A stretch of DNA of 64,000 nucleotides, taken from NCBI GenBank assembly GCA_964495685.1, contig CAZBVQ010000002.1:38790-102789 (forward strand), given 5' to 3'. Within the stretch, counting starts at the first letter, position 1, and each line of letters opens with the position of its first letter. Both the position numbers and the translations under genes were made by a program. This DNA is from an uncultured Candidatus Saccharibacteria bacterium (lineage in GTDB: Bacteria; Patescibacteriota; Minisyncoccia; Phycocordibacterales; PALSA-1337). The notes under the pieces were generated by a model. It ran no database searches and was not told the origin of the DNA. It worked only from the letters and a program-made list of their open reading frames with translations. Shown in pieces: positions 1 through 10,318 of this stretch.

Positions 1-55
1 ATTACGGAGGAATACAAGCGGACCTTCTTTGATGATTATTTTACGCATCGTAGTT

Positions 56-874
56 CTATAGTAGCACAGGAATGTGGTGAGGCGGAATTATTTTCGTCCT
101 CTTGATCGACAATGCGCACGCACCAGTACCGAGCTCTATGCCAATGCGATGTGCAAGCGAGCGCATATAGGTACCACTTGAACACCTGACTCGAACCTTA
201 GCGACAGTATATATACGTTCCTGGGCAAGAATGTGGCGCCAACGATCCACTATTTCTTGCTGTCTGAAATCACCACGAACGTTAGCTAGAGCCGCATCAA
301 TACGTTCTCGCAGCACCTTTGAAGAAATAGGTTCAATTCCGAGCATCTCAATATCATATATCTCCACCTCTTTGACAGGCATCTCCTCTGGCAATTCACC
401 GGCGCGTGCCAATTCGTGCAACTGTTTTCCGCCCACAGTTTTCGATGAATAAGGCGGGTATTCTTGACCGAAGCGGCCTCTGTATTTAGTCAGTGTGTTA
501 TCAATCGACTCAGAATCAAGAACTCCGCCCTTCCCTTCCACAGCAAGTCCCAACGTATCATATGTATCAGTTTCGATACCAAACAATATCTCAACCTCAT
601 ATTCTTTGTCCAGTCCAAGATACTTTTCTTTGTTTTTACATTCATCGCCGATAAGAATCAAAAGCTCCCCTTCAGCCATCGGGTCAAGGCGGCCGGCGTA
701 GGTCATGGGAACTGACTTCCAAAAAGTGACTAAATTTTGGTCATCTTTTTTATCTGCATGAATGAGTTGCTCTGCCCGATAACGTTCGAGGGCTTCGAGG
801 GGAGTTTCGCCCAATTTCTTGTAAATAATAGTGTGTTTAAGCATATCATCAGTAATCATAGTGTAACCCACCAT
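56..874 (-). CDS. truB: tRNA pseudouridine(55) synthase TruB-like
   Basis: The 272 aa ORF has the motifs YAGRLDPMAEGELLILIG and GIETDTYDTLG and a C-terminal GTYMRSLAHRIG, typical of the TruB family. The exact start is uncertain. Confidence 0.75.
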   Translation of the reverse strand: MVGYTMITDDMLKHTIIYKKLGETPLEALERYRAEQLIHADKKDDQNLVTFWKSVPMTYAGRLDPMAEGELLILIGDECKNKEKYLGLDKEYEVEILFGIETDTYDTLGLAVEGKGGVLDSESIDNTLTKYRGRFGQEYPPYSSKTVGGKQLHELARAGELPEEMPVKEVEIYDIEMLGIEPISSKVLRERIDAALANVRGDFRQQEIVDRWRHILAQERIYTVAKVRVRCSSGTYMRSLAHRIGIELGTGACALSIKRTKIIPPHHIPVLL

Positions 875-949
875 ATCATATAACCGACCATCAAGAAAAC
901 CGCCCTTTCGAGCGGTTTTCTTGTTAACTCAGAGGGGTCCTTCGATGAT

Positions 950-3900
950 TTATTCCTCTGGAGCAACCTCCTTCGGAGCAAGTGTCCCTACCATCTCATT
1001 CTTCTCTGATCCCTTGAACCCTGTACCAGCCGGTACAAGACGTCCGATGATAACGTTTTCCATAAGACCGGTCAGATTGTCCTCCGCACCACGAACAGCG
1101 TTGCCGATGAGCACGCGAGTCGTGTGCTGGAATGAAGCTGCTGACAAGAAGCTCTTGCGTGAGAGAGATGTCTCGGTAATACCCATAACCATCTTCTCTA
1201 CTTTGGCGGCAGAACCACCAGCATCCTTGGCGAGAGTATTCTCTTCGGAAAGCTGAATATCATCGACGATCATGCCTTCAGTGAGGTTGGTATCGCCCGC
1301 ATCCTTGACGCGACGACGTGAGAACATCTGCTTCACGATGAGCTCAATGTGCTTGCGTGAGACTGTTTCACCCTGAAGTTCGTAGATCTTACCAACTTCG
1401 GTAATGACGTAATCCTTGGCACGCTCTTCACCACCAAACTCGAAGACTTCATCAATATCAGCTGAACCATCAGTGAGGAGATCACCCTTCTTGACCTTGT
1501 CGCCTACTTTGACCAGAACGGTACGGCGATACGGGAAGGTGTACTCGACCTGAGCGGCCTTCTTTTTCTTGACGTCTTCAAGCTCAGGAAGGACGGCAAT
1601 GACTTTCTCCTTGCCGAGATCCTTGACCTCAGTCACTACGCCATCGACACTGGCGACCACAGCCGGATTCTTGGGACGGCGCTTCTCGAAGATCTCCTCG
1701 ACACGAGGAAGACCCTGAGTAATATCTCCACCCTGTGAGGCAGCACCACCAGCGTGGAAGACACGCATGGTGAGCTGTGTACCTGGTTCACCGATGGCCT
1801 GAGCAGCTACGGTACCGACAGCTTCACCGATATCAATCAGGCGATTCTTACCGAGGTCGAGACCGTAACACTGGGCACAGACACCACGAACCGTCTTGCA
1901 TGAAAGTGGTGAGCGAACACGTACATCTATCGTTCCTGCCTCTTCGATGACTAGTGCATCAGCCTTGGACACGAGGTGACCCTTCTCGAACAATACCTTG
2001 CCATCCATTCCTTTGACATCTTCAGCGAGGATACGGCCACGAATGTTCTTTGAGAGTGGGATGGTCAGACCTGAAGCTGTCTGACGACGAATGGTGACTG
2101 CCTCTTTGGTGCCACAATCATCTTCAGAGACGATGACGTCTTGAGCGACCACGAAGAGCTTACGTGTGAGGTAACCGGCCTTGGCGGTATTGAGTGCCGT
2201 GTCAGTGAGACCTTTGCGTGAACCGTGTGTCGTAATGAAGTATTCAATCGGTGTGAGACCTTCCTTGGCACACGAAAGAATCGGAAACTCAATCGTACCA
2301 CCAGAGACTGAAGCGATGAGACCCTTCATACCTGCCATGATAGTGATCTGTGAGAGTGAGCCACGAGCGCCTGAGTTGACCATGTCATAGACTGGTCCAT
2401 TCTTGTCGAGCGATCCTGGGATAGTCTTCTCGACTTCACCCTTGGCATGCTGCCAGATCTCAATATGCTTACGAACACGCTCTTCTTCGGTCAAGAGACC
2501 TTCGTTGAACTGACCAGTGACAGTATCTGCCTTATCTTTGGCTCTCTTGATGATCTCATACTTGGCTTCTGGGATGACGATATCATCAATACCCCATGTC
2601 GTACCTGAATAGGTAGCATAGAAGAATCCGAATGACTTGATACGGTCAAGAATCGGGGCTACATTCTCGGCACTATGCAAGGTGATCATGTCGTCGATGA
2701 TAGCAGCGACACGCTTGCGACCAGATTCTTCGTTGATGAACGGATAGTCGATCGGCAATACGTTGTTGAAGAGAATACGACCAACGGTAGTTTCGAAGAT
2801 CGTCTCTTTGAACTTGGCATATTTGGCTTCCTTGGGAGCCAACACTTTGACCTTGGCACGAAGATCGATATCTCCGAAACTGTGTGCAAGCATGGCGGCC
2901 TCCGGCGACTCGAAGATCTTGCCAGTACCCTTGGCACCATCGACAACCTTGGTCACCCAGAAACAACCGAGCACGATATCGAGCAATTTGGCGACAACTG
3001 TTGGATCATTGTTACCTGGCTTGAGGATGTTCTTGTCTGAAGCCATGATTTCACGAGCTTCCATCTGTGCTTCATCTGAGAGTGGGACGTGGACAGCCAT
3101 CTGGTCACCGTCGAAGTCGGCATTGAATGCTGAACATACGAGTGGGTGGACTTGGATAGCGTTACCTTCGATGAGGATTGGCTGGAACGCCTGAATACCG
3201 AGACGGTGCAAGGTCGGTGCACGGTTGAGCAATACGTATTTGCCCTTGATCACCTCTTCGAGAATTTCCCAGACTTCCTTGGAACCATCATCGATAAGGC
3301 GATTGGCGCCGCGAATGTTGTAGGCCAACTCCCTCTTGAGGAGACCCGAGATGACGAACGGGCGGAACAATTCGAGTGCCATGTGCTTGGGCAAACCACA
3401 CTGGTTGAGTCTGAGTTCTGGTCCGACGACGATAACTGAACGACCTGAGTAGTCGACACGCTTACCGAGCAAGTTCTGGCGGAAAAGACCACGCTTGGAC
3501 TTGAGTGAGTCAGAGAGTGACTTGAGAGCACGCTTCTGAGCGGCGGCTGCAGCGGCACCAGCTGACGAACTGTGACGGATAGAGTTGTCGATGAGTGCGT
3601 CGACGGCTTCTTGGAGAATACGCTTCTCGTTACGGAGAATGACTTCTGGTGCATTGATCTCTTTGAGTTTCAAGAGACGATTGTTGCGGTTGATCACACG
3701 ACGATAGAGGTCGTTGACATCCGAAGTGGCATAGCGACCACCATCGAGGGCCACCATCGGACGGATACCCGGCGGAATGACTGGAATACGGATAAGGAAC
3801 ATCCATTCAGGGCGAAGCTTGGCCTTGATCATCTGTTTGACCAATGAGAGACGCTTGGAGAGCTTCTCACGATCAGCAGAACCAGCATCTTCGAGATGCT

Positions 3901-4621
3901 TCTCGAGCTCGGTCTGGAGCTTGGCAAGGTCGATTTTCTTGAGCAAATCATAGATGACTTCAGCGCCAATTCCTGCCTCGAAAATAGAGCCATACTTCAT
4001 GGCGTACTTGTGATAGGTAGTTTCATCCATAACGAAGCCAAGTGAGATCATTTCGATTTCACGACGAGCGTTGACGACGAGCTCCTTGAGAGCTTCCTTG
4101 GTCTTGTCGTCCTGAGCAGTCTTGAGCTTGCTCTTGTATTCACCGTCGAGTTCCTTCAAGAATGACTCCTTCTCTGATTCGTTGACCTTGGTGACGATGT
4201 AGCCAGCGAAGTAGACGACCTTCTCAAGATCAGCCGTAGTCATACCGAGAATGAGACCGATGCGTGACGGGACTGAACGGAGGAACCAAATATGCGACAC
4301 AGGAGAAGCGAGTTCGATGTGGCCCATGCGTTCACGGCGGACGATCGAACGAGTGATTTCGACGCCACACTTCTCACAGACGATACCCTTGTAGCGGATA
4401 CCGCGGTATTTGCCACAGTAACACTCATAGTCTCGGTCTGGACCGAAGATACGCTCATCGAAGAGACCACTCTTCTCACTGCGCTGAGTGCGATAGTTGA
4501 TGGTTTCCGGCTTGGTGACTTCACCGAATGACCATTCCAAGATCTTGTCGGGCGATGCCAGTGACAGCTTGACGATGTCGAACTGTGCGAGATCCATTGA
4601 TTTTTTGATTGGGGTTGTCAT
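950..4621 (-). CDS. rpoC: DNA-directed RNA polymerase subunit beta'
   Basis: 1223 aa. It has the N-terminal zinc-binding CYCGKY...CEKCGV segment and the NADFDGDQMAVHVPLS catalytic motif. Confidence 0.95.
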   Translation of the reverse strand: MTTPIKKSMDLAQFDIVKLSLASPDKILEWSFGEVTKPETINYRTQRSEKSGLFDERIFGPDRDYECYCGKYRGIRYKGIVCEKCGVEITRSIVRRERMGHIELASPVSHIWFLRSVPSRIGLILGMTTADLEKVVYFAGYIVTKVNESEKESFLKELDGEYKSKLKTAQDDKTKEALKELVVNARREIEMISLGFVMDETTYHKYAMKYGSIFEAGIGAEVIYDLLKKIDLAKLQTELEKHLEDAGSADREKLSKRLSLVKQMIKAKLRPEWMFLIRIPVIPPGIRPMVALDGGRYATSDVNDLYRRVINRNNRLLKLKEINAPEVILRNEKRILQEAVDALIDNSIRHSSSAGAAAAAAQKRALKSLSDSLKSKRGLFRQNLLGKRVDYSGRSVIVVGPELRLNQCGLPKHMALELFRPFVISGLLKRELAYNIRGANRLIDDGSKEVWEILEEVIKGKYVLLNRAPTLHRLGIQAFQPILIEGNAIQVHPLVCSAFNADFDGDQMAVHVPLSDEAQMEAREIMASDKNILKPGNNDPTVVAKLLDIVLGCFWVTKVVDGAKGTGKIFESPEAAMLAHSFGDIDLRAKVKVLAPKEAKYAKFKETIFETTVGRILFNNVLPIDYPFINEESGRKRVAAIIDDMITLHSAENVAPILDRIKSFGFFYATYSGTTWGIDDIVIPEAKYEIIKRAKDKADTVTGQFNEGLLTEEERVRKHIEIWQHAKGEVEKTIPGSLDKNGPVYDMVNSGARGSLSQITIMAGMKGLIASVSGGTIEFPILSCAKEGLTPIEYFITTHGSRKGLTDTALNTAKAGYLTRKLFVVAQDVIVSEDDCGTKEAVTIRRQTASGLTIPLSKNIRGRILAEDVKGMDGKVLFEKGHLVSKADALVIEEAGTIDVRVRSPLSCKTVRGVCAQCYGLDLGKNRLIDIGEAVGTVAAQAIGEPGTQLTMRVFHAGGAASQGGDITQGLPRVEEIFEKRRPKNPAVVASVDGVVTEVKDLGKEKVIAVLPELEDVKKKKAAQVEYTFPYRRTVLVKVGDKVKKGDLLTDGSADIDEVFEFGGEERAKDYVITEVGKIYELQGETVSRKHIELIVKQMFSRRRVKDAGDTNLTEGMIVDDIQLSEENTLAKDAGGSAAKVEKMVMGITETSLSRKSFLSAASFQHTTRVLIGNAVRGAEDNLTGLMENVIIGRLVPAGTGFKGSEKNEMVGTLAPKEVAPEE

Positions 4622-4661
4622 GATAATTAATTGAAATTAGTGATGATGCTGATTCAATGGA

Positions 4662-7600
4662 TTATTCCTCCTCGACTGAAGGTTTGTTGGTAAGCTCGAC
4701 ATTGAGTGCTAGACCACGAAGTGTCTTCAAGAGCACGTTGAATGACGCCGGCAGATTCGGATTACGAGGACGTTCACCCTTGACGATGGCGTCGAATGTC
4801 TGTGAACGACCGATGATATCGTCTGACTTGACGGTCAAGATTTCGCGGAGCGTATGAGCGGCACCGTGACCCAAGAGTGCCCAGACCTCCATTTCACCGA
4901 AGCGTTGACCACCTCCCTGCGCCTTACCACCGAGTGGCTGCTGGGTGATGAGTGAGTATGGACCGATCGAACGCATGTGGATCTTGTCCTCTACCATGTG
5001 GTGCAGCTTGAGGATATACATGTATCCGACAGCGATGGGCTGATTGAAGTATTCACCTGTACGACCGTCACGAAGCTTCATTTTGCCTGAAGCATCATAC
5101 CCGGCCTTGACGAGTTCGGCTTTGATCTCTTCTTCGGTAGCACCAGCGAACGGCGGGACGATGGCCTGGTAGCCGAGTGTGTGAGCAGCCAAACCGAGGT
5201 GCAATTCGAGGATCTGACCGAGGTTCATACGTGACGGCACACCAAGAGGAGTCAATATAACATCGATCGGTGTACCATCTTCCATGTACGGCATATCCTC
5301 TTCTGGCAAGATACGTGAGATAACACCCTTGTTACCGTGACGACCGGCCATCTTGTCACCGACAGAAATATTACGGACCTGAGCGACCTCGATATAGATA
5401 CGCTTGATAATACCTGATTCGAGCTTGTCACCCTTCTCACGTGAGAAGATTTTGACTGAAATGACACGACCACGCTTGCCGTTTTCCATGCGCTTGGACG
5501 TATCCTTCACGTCGCGAGCTTTCTCGCCGAAGATTGAGCGGAGGAGGCGCTCTTCTGGCGTCAGCTGAGTCTCACCTTTCGGGGAGATCTTACCGACCAG
5601 AATGTCACCGGGACGGACCTCGGCACCGATGCGGACAATACCTTCTTCAGTGAGGTTCTTGAGCTTGGCTTCACCGACGTTCGGAATATCACAGGTCGTG
5701 ACTTCTGGACCGAGCTTGGTATCACGGACGTTGACCACGAACTCTTCGATGTGGACTGAGCTCCACTTGCTATTCTTGACGACACGCTCTGAGAGAATGA
5801 TGGCGTCTTCGTAGTTGTTACCCGACCATGACATGAAGGCAACCAAGGCATTGTGACCGAGAGCTGCTTCACCACGATCTGACGTAGAAGTATCGGCAAG
5901 CACATCACCTTTCTTGACCTTGTCTCCCGGAGAAATGATGGGACGATGATGGAGAGCAGTGAAACCATTGGTACGAGAGAAGAGCACGAGATCGTATTCA
6001 TGCTTCTTGCCCTTCTTGGAGACGAAGATGATCTTGCGAGCGTCGACGTGAGTGACCTCACCGTCTTCCGGAGCAACGATCAGACGGCCTGTGTCGAGGA
6101 CTGCACGCTTCTCGATACCCGTTGCCACGAATGGCGCTTCGGGGACGAGACATGGGGTGGCCTGCTTCAACATGTTCGATCCCATGAGTGCGCGGTTGGC
6201 ATCATCGTGGTTGACGAATGGAATAAGTGAAGTCGCGATCGAGAATGCCTGGTTGGTAGCAACGTCGATATAGTCGACTTCTTTCTTGGCGGCCAGTGCT
6301 GGCTTACCGTTGATACGAACCTCGACTTCATTGACAGTAATAGAACCATCCTTATCGAATGGTGTAGCGGCGTGAGCAATGCGGTAGTTCTCTTCTTCGA
6401 GCGCATTCAAGTACACAATCTCCTTGGTGATCTTGCCATCCTTGACCTTGGCATACGGAGTCTCGATCATGCCGAAATCATTGATGCGGGCATACATGGC
6501 CAAGCGGAGCACCAGACCGATGTTCGGACCTTCTGGTGTGTGGATCGGACAGAGGCGACCGTAGTGAGACGGGTGCACGTCGCGGACTTCGAAGCCGGCA
6601 CGTTCACGTGAAAGACCGCCAGGACCGAGGGCAGTAAGCTGGCGCAAGTTCTCGATTTCGCCCAGGGTGTTGGTCTGCTCCATGAACTGGGAGAGCTGGT
6701 TGGTGGTGAAGAATTCCTTGATACGAGCCTGGAGCGGGCGCGGATAGATGAATGAGACCGGCAGAGTCACGTCTGGCTCAACCGTCGACATCTTGTCTTG
6801 AATGTTGCGCTTCATTTGAGTGAGACCGAGGCGAATACGCTGCTCGAGGAGCTCACCGACATAGCGGACACGGCGTGAACCGAGGTGATCGATATCGTCA
6901 GGCTGCATATCAGGAGTGACCGTCAAGGTGACAATGTGACCAATCGTGGTCGCGATATCGTCGAGAGAGAGGGTGCGGCGTTCGAGCTCCTTGTCTTCCA
7001 TAGACTTACCGAAACGCTTGTTGAAACGGAAACGACCAACGCGAGAGAGGTCATATCGATCTTCTTTGAGGAGAGCTTGCACGAATGAGCGAGCGTTGTC
7101 AGCGGTAGCGAGATCACCATCGCGGAGGCGCTTGTGAATCTCCATATAGGCCTCATCTTTGGTCTTGGCGTGGTCCTTGGCCAAGGTCATCTCGATCACT
7201 TTGCGAGCGTCTGGATTGCCCTTGAAAATATCGAGAATCTTCTCATTGGTCTCTGCGCCGAGGATGCGCAGGAGTGAGGTGACGGGGAATTTGCGCTTGC
7301 GATCGACACGGCAATAGATAGTGCCGTCGGTATCAGTCTCGATCTCCATCCAGACACCACGGGCAGGAATGACCTTGGCGCCAAAATAGTTCTTACCCTT
7401 CACCTCATTGCCAGTGAAGAAAATACCGAATGAACGAGCGAGCTGTGGCACGATGACACGCTCGACACCGTTGATGATGAAGGTACCATGGTCAGTCATG
7501 AGCGGGATCTCGGAGAGCATCATTTCTTGCTCTTTGGTGATGTTCAGGGACTTGTTCTTGAGGGTCACTTTGACCTTGATCTGACCTTCGAAGTTGAGCT

Positions 7601-7841
7601 TGTTCTCTTTGGTGTAGTGCTCGTTCCACTTCGGCAGTACGACCTCTGGAGAACCGATCGAGAGCTCGAACTTCTTCTCGGCGTAGTCCTTGATCGGCGA
7701 GAATTCCTTGAGCAGTGTAGCGATGCCATTTTCGAGAAGTTGGGTGAATGATACCAACTGTGACTCGACGAGGTGCGGCATCTCAGTGAGCGGATCCTTG
7801 TAGCGGGAAAAGTATTTCTTCGGACGGTTTGCGATAGTCAT
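4662..7841 (-). CDS. rpoB: DNA-directed RNA polymerase subunit beta
   Basis: Long ORF with RpoB-type sequence throughout, lying immediately upstream of rpoC. The track ORF begins 25 codons upstream. I place the start at the internal ATG (MTIANRPKK, minus-strand ATG at 7841..7839). Confidence 0.93.
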   Translation of the reverse strand: MTIANRPKKYFSRYKDPLTEMPHLVESQLVSFTQLLENGIATLLKEFSPIKDYAEKKFELSIGSPEVVLPKWNEHYTKENKLNFEGQIKVKVTLKNKSLNITKEQEMMLSEIPLMTDHGTFIINGVERVIVPQLARSFGIFFTGNEVKGKNYFGAKVIPARGVWMEIETDTDGTIYCRVDRKRKFPVTSLLRILGAETNEKILDIFKGNPDARKVIEMTLAKDHAKTKDEAYMEIHKRLRDGDLATADNARSFVQALLKEDRYDLSRVGRFRFNKRFGKSMEDKELERRTLSLDDIATTIGHIVTLTVTPDMQPDDIDHLGSRRVRYVGELLEQRIRLGLTQMKRNIQDKMSTVEPDVTLPVSFIYPRPLQARIKEFFTTNQLSQFMEQTNTLGEIENLRQLTALGPGGLSRERAGFEVRDVHPSHYGRLCPIHTPEGPNIGLVLRLAMYARINDFGMIETPYAKVKDGKITKEIVYLNALEEENYRIAHAATPFDKDGSITVNEVEVRINGKPALAAKKEVDYIDVATNQAFSIATSLIPFVNHDDANRALMGSNMLKQATPCLVPEAPFVATGIEKRAVLDTGRLIVAPEDGEVTHVDARKIIFVSKKGKKHEYDLVLFSRTNGFTALHHRPIISPGDKVKKGDVLADTSTSDRGEAALGHNALVAFMSWSGNNYEDAIILSERVVKNSKWSSVHIEEFVVNVRDTKLGPEVTTCDIPNVGEAKLKNLTEEGIVRIGAEVRPGDILVGKISPKGETQLTPEERLLRSIFGEKARDVKDTSKRMENGKRGRVISVKIFSREKGDKLESGIIKRIYIEVAQVRNISVGDKMAGRHGNKGVISRILPEEDMPYMEDGTPIDVILTPLGVPSRMNLGQILELHLGLAAHTLGYQAIVPPFAGATEEEIKAELVKAGYDASGKMKLRDGRTGEYFNQPIAVGYMYILKLHHMVEDKIHMRSIGPYSLITQQPLGGKAQGGGQRFGEMEVWALLGHGAAHTLREILTVKSDDIIGRSQTFDAIVKGERPRNPNLPASFNVLLKTLRGLALNVELTNKPSVEEE

Positions 7842-8125
7842 GATGTTTATAAAAATATTAAAACTGACCAGACACCGGACGACACTTCCATACAACACGC
7901 AAAAATCCCGTTTCAATGAAAACGGTTATTAAGATCACTTCGTACTAGTAAGTGATATTCACGAGGTAGGACTAATGATGGACCTATCTAATCCTCCGCT
8001 ATCGGCCCTCCGAAGCCTTGGCGTAGGAGGACGTTGCAGAACACAATCTGCGAAGTTGCCATGAGCTTATCACAAGCTCTTATCTCGGTCAAGTACAACG
8101 TACTGATTATCCACAATGGTCAATG

Positions 8126-8154
8126 TTGACAACTTGTATTTAACATGTAATAAT
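8126..8154 (+). promoter_or_regulatory. sigma70-like promoter candidate (TTGACA, 17 nt spacer, TGTAATAAT) upstream of the ndk-like gene
   Basis: TTGACA at 8126-8131 and an extended -10 TGTAATAAT at 8146-8154, about 70 nt upstream of the ATG at 8224. Confidence 0.4.
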
Positions 8155-8223
8155 CGCACAAACAGCCTTCTTGTGAATCTACATTATCGGATTCGCGGGA
8201 ATACAACAAAATAGGGAGTCCGT

Positions 8224-8739
8224 ATGGGTACCGAAAGAACGCTAATCTTTATTAAGCCAATGCCGAATGGCACACTTCTAACAGCCAGTGAAACGAATAA
8301 GTGGGCACAAATACTCGCTATGCTTTTGGGATTAGGTCGCGGGTTGTATGTCTTGGAATCATTCCTGAGCAAATTGGATGCCGCTACACTGAGATGCATC
8401 TATCCTGATCCGCCGAACACGGTGTGGCAAGCAACCCTTGTTCACTTATGCGATACAGAAGTACCCGTGTTCATTCTCGCCGGCGAAGACGCAATCGCCA
8501 AGATGAGCGCGCATATCGGAACCGATCCCGACCCGAATAAGTGCTCCGCTATTTCGGTCCGCCGGCTTATGACTGAGCTCGTCTCAAATCACAGCCCGAA
8601 CATCGAGGTTCTCAAAAATGGTCTCCCGCTTGGTGACGGACGAAAGTATTATTTTAACTGCGTCCACGTCAGCAGATCTAAGGAGGAATTTGCTAGGCAG
8701 TTTGCCGCACTGCAGAAGGCACGTGTCCTGAGAACATGA
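8224..8739 (+). CDS. nucleoside diphosphate kinase family protein (divergent)
   Basis: Aligns by eye to NDK: ERTLIFIKP matches ERTFIIIKP, GTDPDPNKCSAISVRRL matches GATNPADSxPGTIRGDF, and NCVHVSRSKEE matches NIIHGSDSVESAxRE with the catalytic His retained. It is very divergent. Confidence 0.55.
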   Translation: MGTERTLIFIKPMPNGTLLTASETNKWAQILAMLLGLGRGLYVLESFLSKLDAATLRCIYPDPPNTVWQATLVHLCDTEVPVFILAGEDAIAKMSAHIGTDPDPNKCSAISVRRLMTELVSNHSPNIEVLKNGLPLGDGRKYYFNCVHVSRSKEEFARQFAALQKARVLRT

Positions 8740-8762
8740 CCCCCTTACAGCACCTTTCGCAC

Positions 8763-8797
8763 GACCGCGACCTTCCGAGGCCGCGGTCATTTTTTAT
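8763..8797 (+). terminator. Rho-independent terminator (stem GACCGCG / CGCGGTC followed by a T-run)
   Basis: GC stem-loop followed by TTTTTTATTTC directly after the ndk-like stop. It sits between convergent genes and may act on both. Confidence 0.55.
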
Positions 8798-9507
8798 TTC
8801 TTCTTTTTCATTCGCCACTCATTCTGCTTAGCATGATGTCCGCTCAAGAGAATCTTCGGCACTCTATATTTCTTGCCTTTATATTCGATCACTTCAGGAC
8901 GGGTATAGACATCCGGGCTCGCGATACGTTCTTCTTCTATTGAAAGACTATCTCCTAGAACTCCGGGAATGCGACGCGTAATAGTGTCTATCATAATCAT
9001 CGCTGGTAATTCCCCGCCAGTAACAACGTATGGTCCAACCGAAATATCTATCATAGGAAAAGCTTTCTTTACGCGAGCATCAATGCCCTCATAACGTCCA
9101 CAGACAAAGATGATGTCTGTATATTTCTTGAACGTATCGGCCATTTCATTTGAAAATTGTTTACCAGCAGGGCTAAAGAAGACGATTTTAATCTTTTTTG
9201 TAGCCTCGGCTTTTTTAGGAAATAGAATACGTCGCTTACCTTTGGCGACCTTCATCGCGGCCTCGATTGCTCTGATTACTGGCAATGCCTCGATGACCAT
9301 TCCTGGTCCACCACCATATGGACGATCATCAACACGACGATCAGCATATGTCTGGGGTGTGCCCTTCTTCTTGGATACGGTAAAGTCACGCGGATTGTAG
9401 TATTTGAGTGCAATCAATCCCTTTTCTTGGGCACGCTTCAAAATTGAGGCATTGAGATATGACTCGGTGCTTTCTGGGAAGAGAGTTATGAGGTGATAGG
9501 TGGTCAT
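8794..9507 (-). CDS. trmD: tRNA (guanine37-N1)-methyltransferase TrmD
   Basis: TrmD-like sequence throughout (YHLITLFPE..., RPYGGGPGMV, ...SGHHAKQNEWR). The start is set at the internal ATG MTTYHL (9507..9505). The 38 upstream codons do not resemble TrmD. Confidence 0.9.
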   Translation of the reverse strand: MTTYHLITLFPESTESYLNASILKRAQEKGLIALKYYNPRDFTVSKKKGTPQTYADRRVDDRPYGGGPGMVIEALPVIRAIEAAMKVAKGKRRILFPKKAEATKKIKIVFFSPAGKQFSNEMADTFKKYTDIIFVCGRYEGIDARVKKAFPMIDISVGPYVVTGGELPAMIMIDTITRRIPGVLGDSLSIEEERIASPDVYTRPEVIEYKGKKYRVPKILLSGHHAKQNEWRMKKKK

Positions 9508-9572
9508 GGTAACAAAAAATCGGGTACAGAGACTGTACCACGATTTCGAAAGTCTGTCACTATTACCAAAAA

Positions 9573-9761
9573 TCATTTCTCTAGACAACAGACCCAACCG
9601 AGTTTGCGGGTATTTTTCCAACCATCGGCTCGCAACTCTTTCACCACGCCAGCCAATGATCTACATCGAGCACCGGGCAAGATCTGTGTGTAAGAGCCAC
9701 ACTTACCACATGTCACTGTTGCCGTAATAACTATTTTACTTTTTGTCTTTTCCATAATCAA
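9573..9761 (-). CDS. small hypothetical protein with a CxxC motif (CGKCGSY) in the slot where rimM usually lies
   Basis: 62 codon ORF between the KH-protein gene and trmD. It uses a TTG/ATT start in the track, with an ATG two codons in. No recognisable family. Confidence 0.3.
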   Translation of the reverse strand: MIMEKTKSKIVITATVTCGKCGSYTQILPGARCRSLAGVVKELRADGWKNTRKLGWVCCLEK

Positions 9762-9802
9762 TCCTCATCACCATCTATTTGAAAGATAACACGCCATATT
9801 CA

Positions 9803-9833
9803 AAAAATCGAGCTTCCGCCCGATTTTTTGTTT
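9803..9833 (-). terminator. hairpin flanked by A and T runs between the KH-protein gene and the small ORF/trmD
   Basis: Sequence AAAAAATCGAGCTTCCGCCCGATTTTTTG with a short stem ATCG/CGAT flanked by A and T tracts. It could work in either direction. Confidence 0.4.
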
Positions 9834-9850
9834 TTGACTAGACTGAGGTT

Positions 9851-10192
9851 TTAATCCAACTTGAGATCTGCCATAGCTTCATCGACGGTCTTCGAATTCG
9901 GCGTAGAAAGCGGAACTGAACCCATGCGCTCAGGTGACTTGAGACCACCGACCGGCTCGTTGATCTTGAGGTTGACGCGACTATTGTTCTTCATACCGAC
10001 GACACGGAGGAGTGTACGGACCGCCTTGGCAGTATTGCCCTGACGACCGATAATCTTGCCCATATCTGCGGCGCCCACCTCAAGAGTGAGAAGTACACCC
10101 ATCTCATCGACAGTGCGAGTCGTCTTGACCTCGTTCGGATTGTCTACTAATGCTTTGATAACGTAATCGAGGAACTCTTGGTCTTTCTGCAT
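9851..10192 (-). CDS. KH-domain RNA-binding protein (YlqC/UPF0109-like)
   Basis: 113 aa. The MGKIIGRQGNTAKAVRTLL motif is typical of KH-domain proteins encoded next to rpsP. Confidence 0.8.
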   Translation of the reverse strand: MQKDQEFLDYVIKALVDNPNEVKTTRTVDEMGVLLTLEVGAADMGKIIGRQGNTAKAVRTLLRVVGMKNNSRVNLKINEPVGGLKSPERMGSVPLSTPNSKTVDEAMADLKLD

Positions 10193-10293
10193 AATCGTTA
10201 GATTTACTTCGTAATCGTACAGTTCGCTGTACTGTCCATTAGTGTACCAAATTAAGATGGGTTGAGCAAAAGTTGTTCACAGTTTTGGCGATA

Positions 10294-10317
10294 CAAAAAA
10301 TCCCCTCATCGGGGATC
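10294..10317 (-). terminator. minus-strand hairpin plus U-run immediately after the rpsP stop (attenuator or terminator)
   Basis: Stem ATCCCC / GGGGAT with loop TCATC, followed on the minus strand by TTTTTT. Confidence 0.45.
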
Positions 10318-10318
10318 T

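Noticed and set aside
2675-3222. Several antisense and same-strand alternative-frame ORFs inside rpoC (for example 2675-3040 +, 2763-3194 +, 2953-3222 -), with similar ones inside rpoB, uvrA, valS and ftsI
   Set aside because: They are embedded in long, well-supported CDSs in another frame, with low-complexity Ser/Arg-rich translations typical of off-frame reading. They are treated as spurious.
9500-9727. 75-aa plus-strand ORF overlapping the trmD start and the small CxxC ORF
   Set aside because: It is antisense to trmD and the CxxC ORF, with a GTG start and no RBS. It is spurious.
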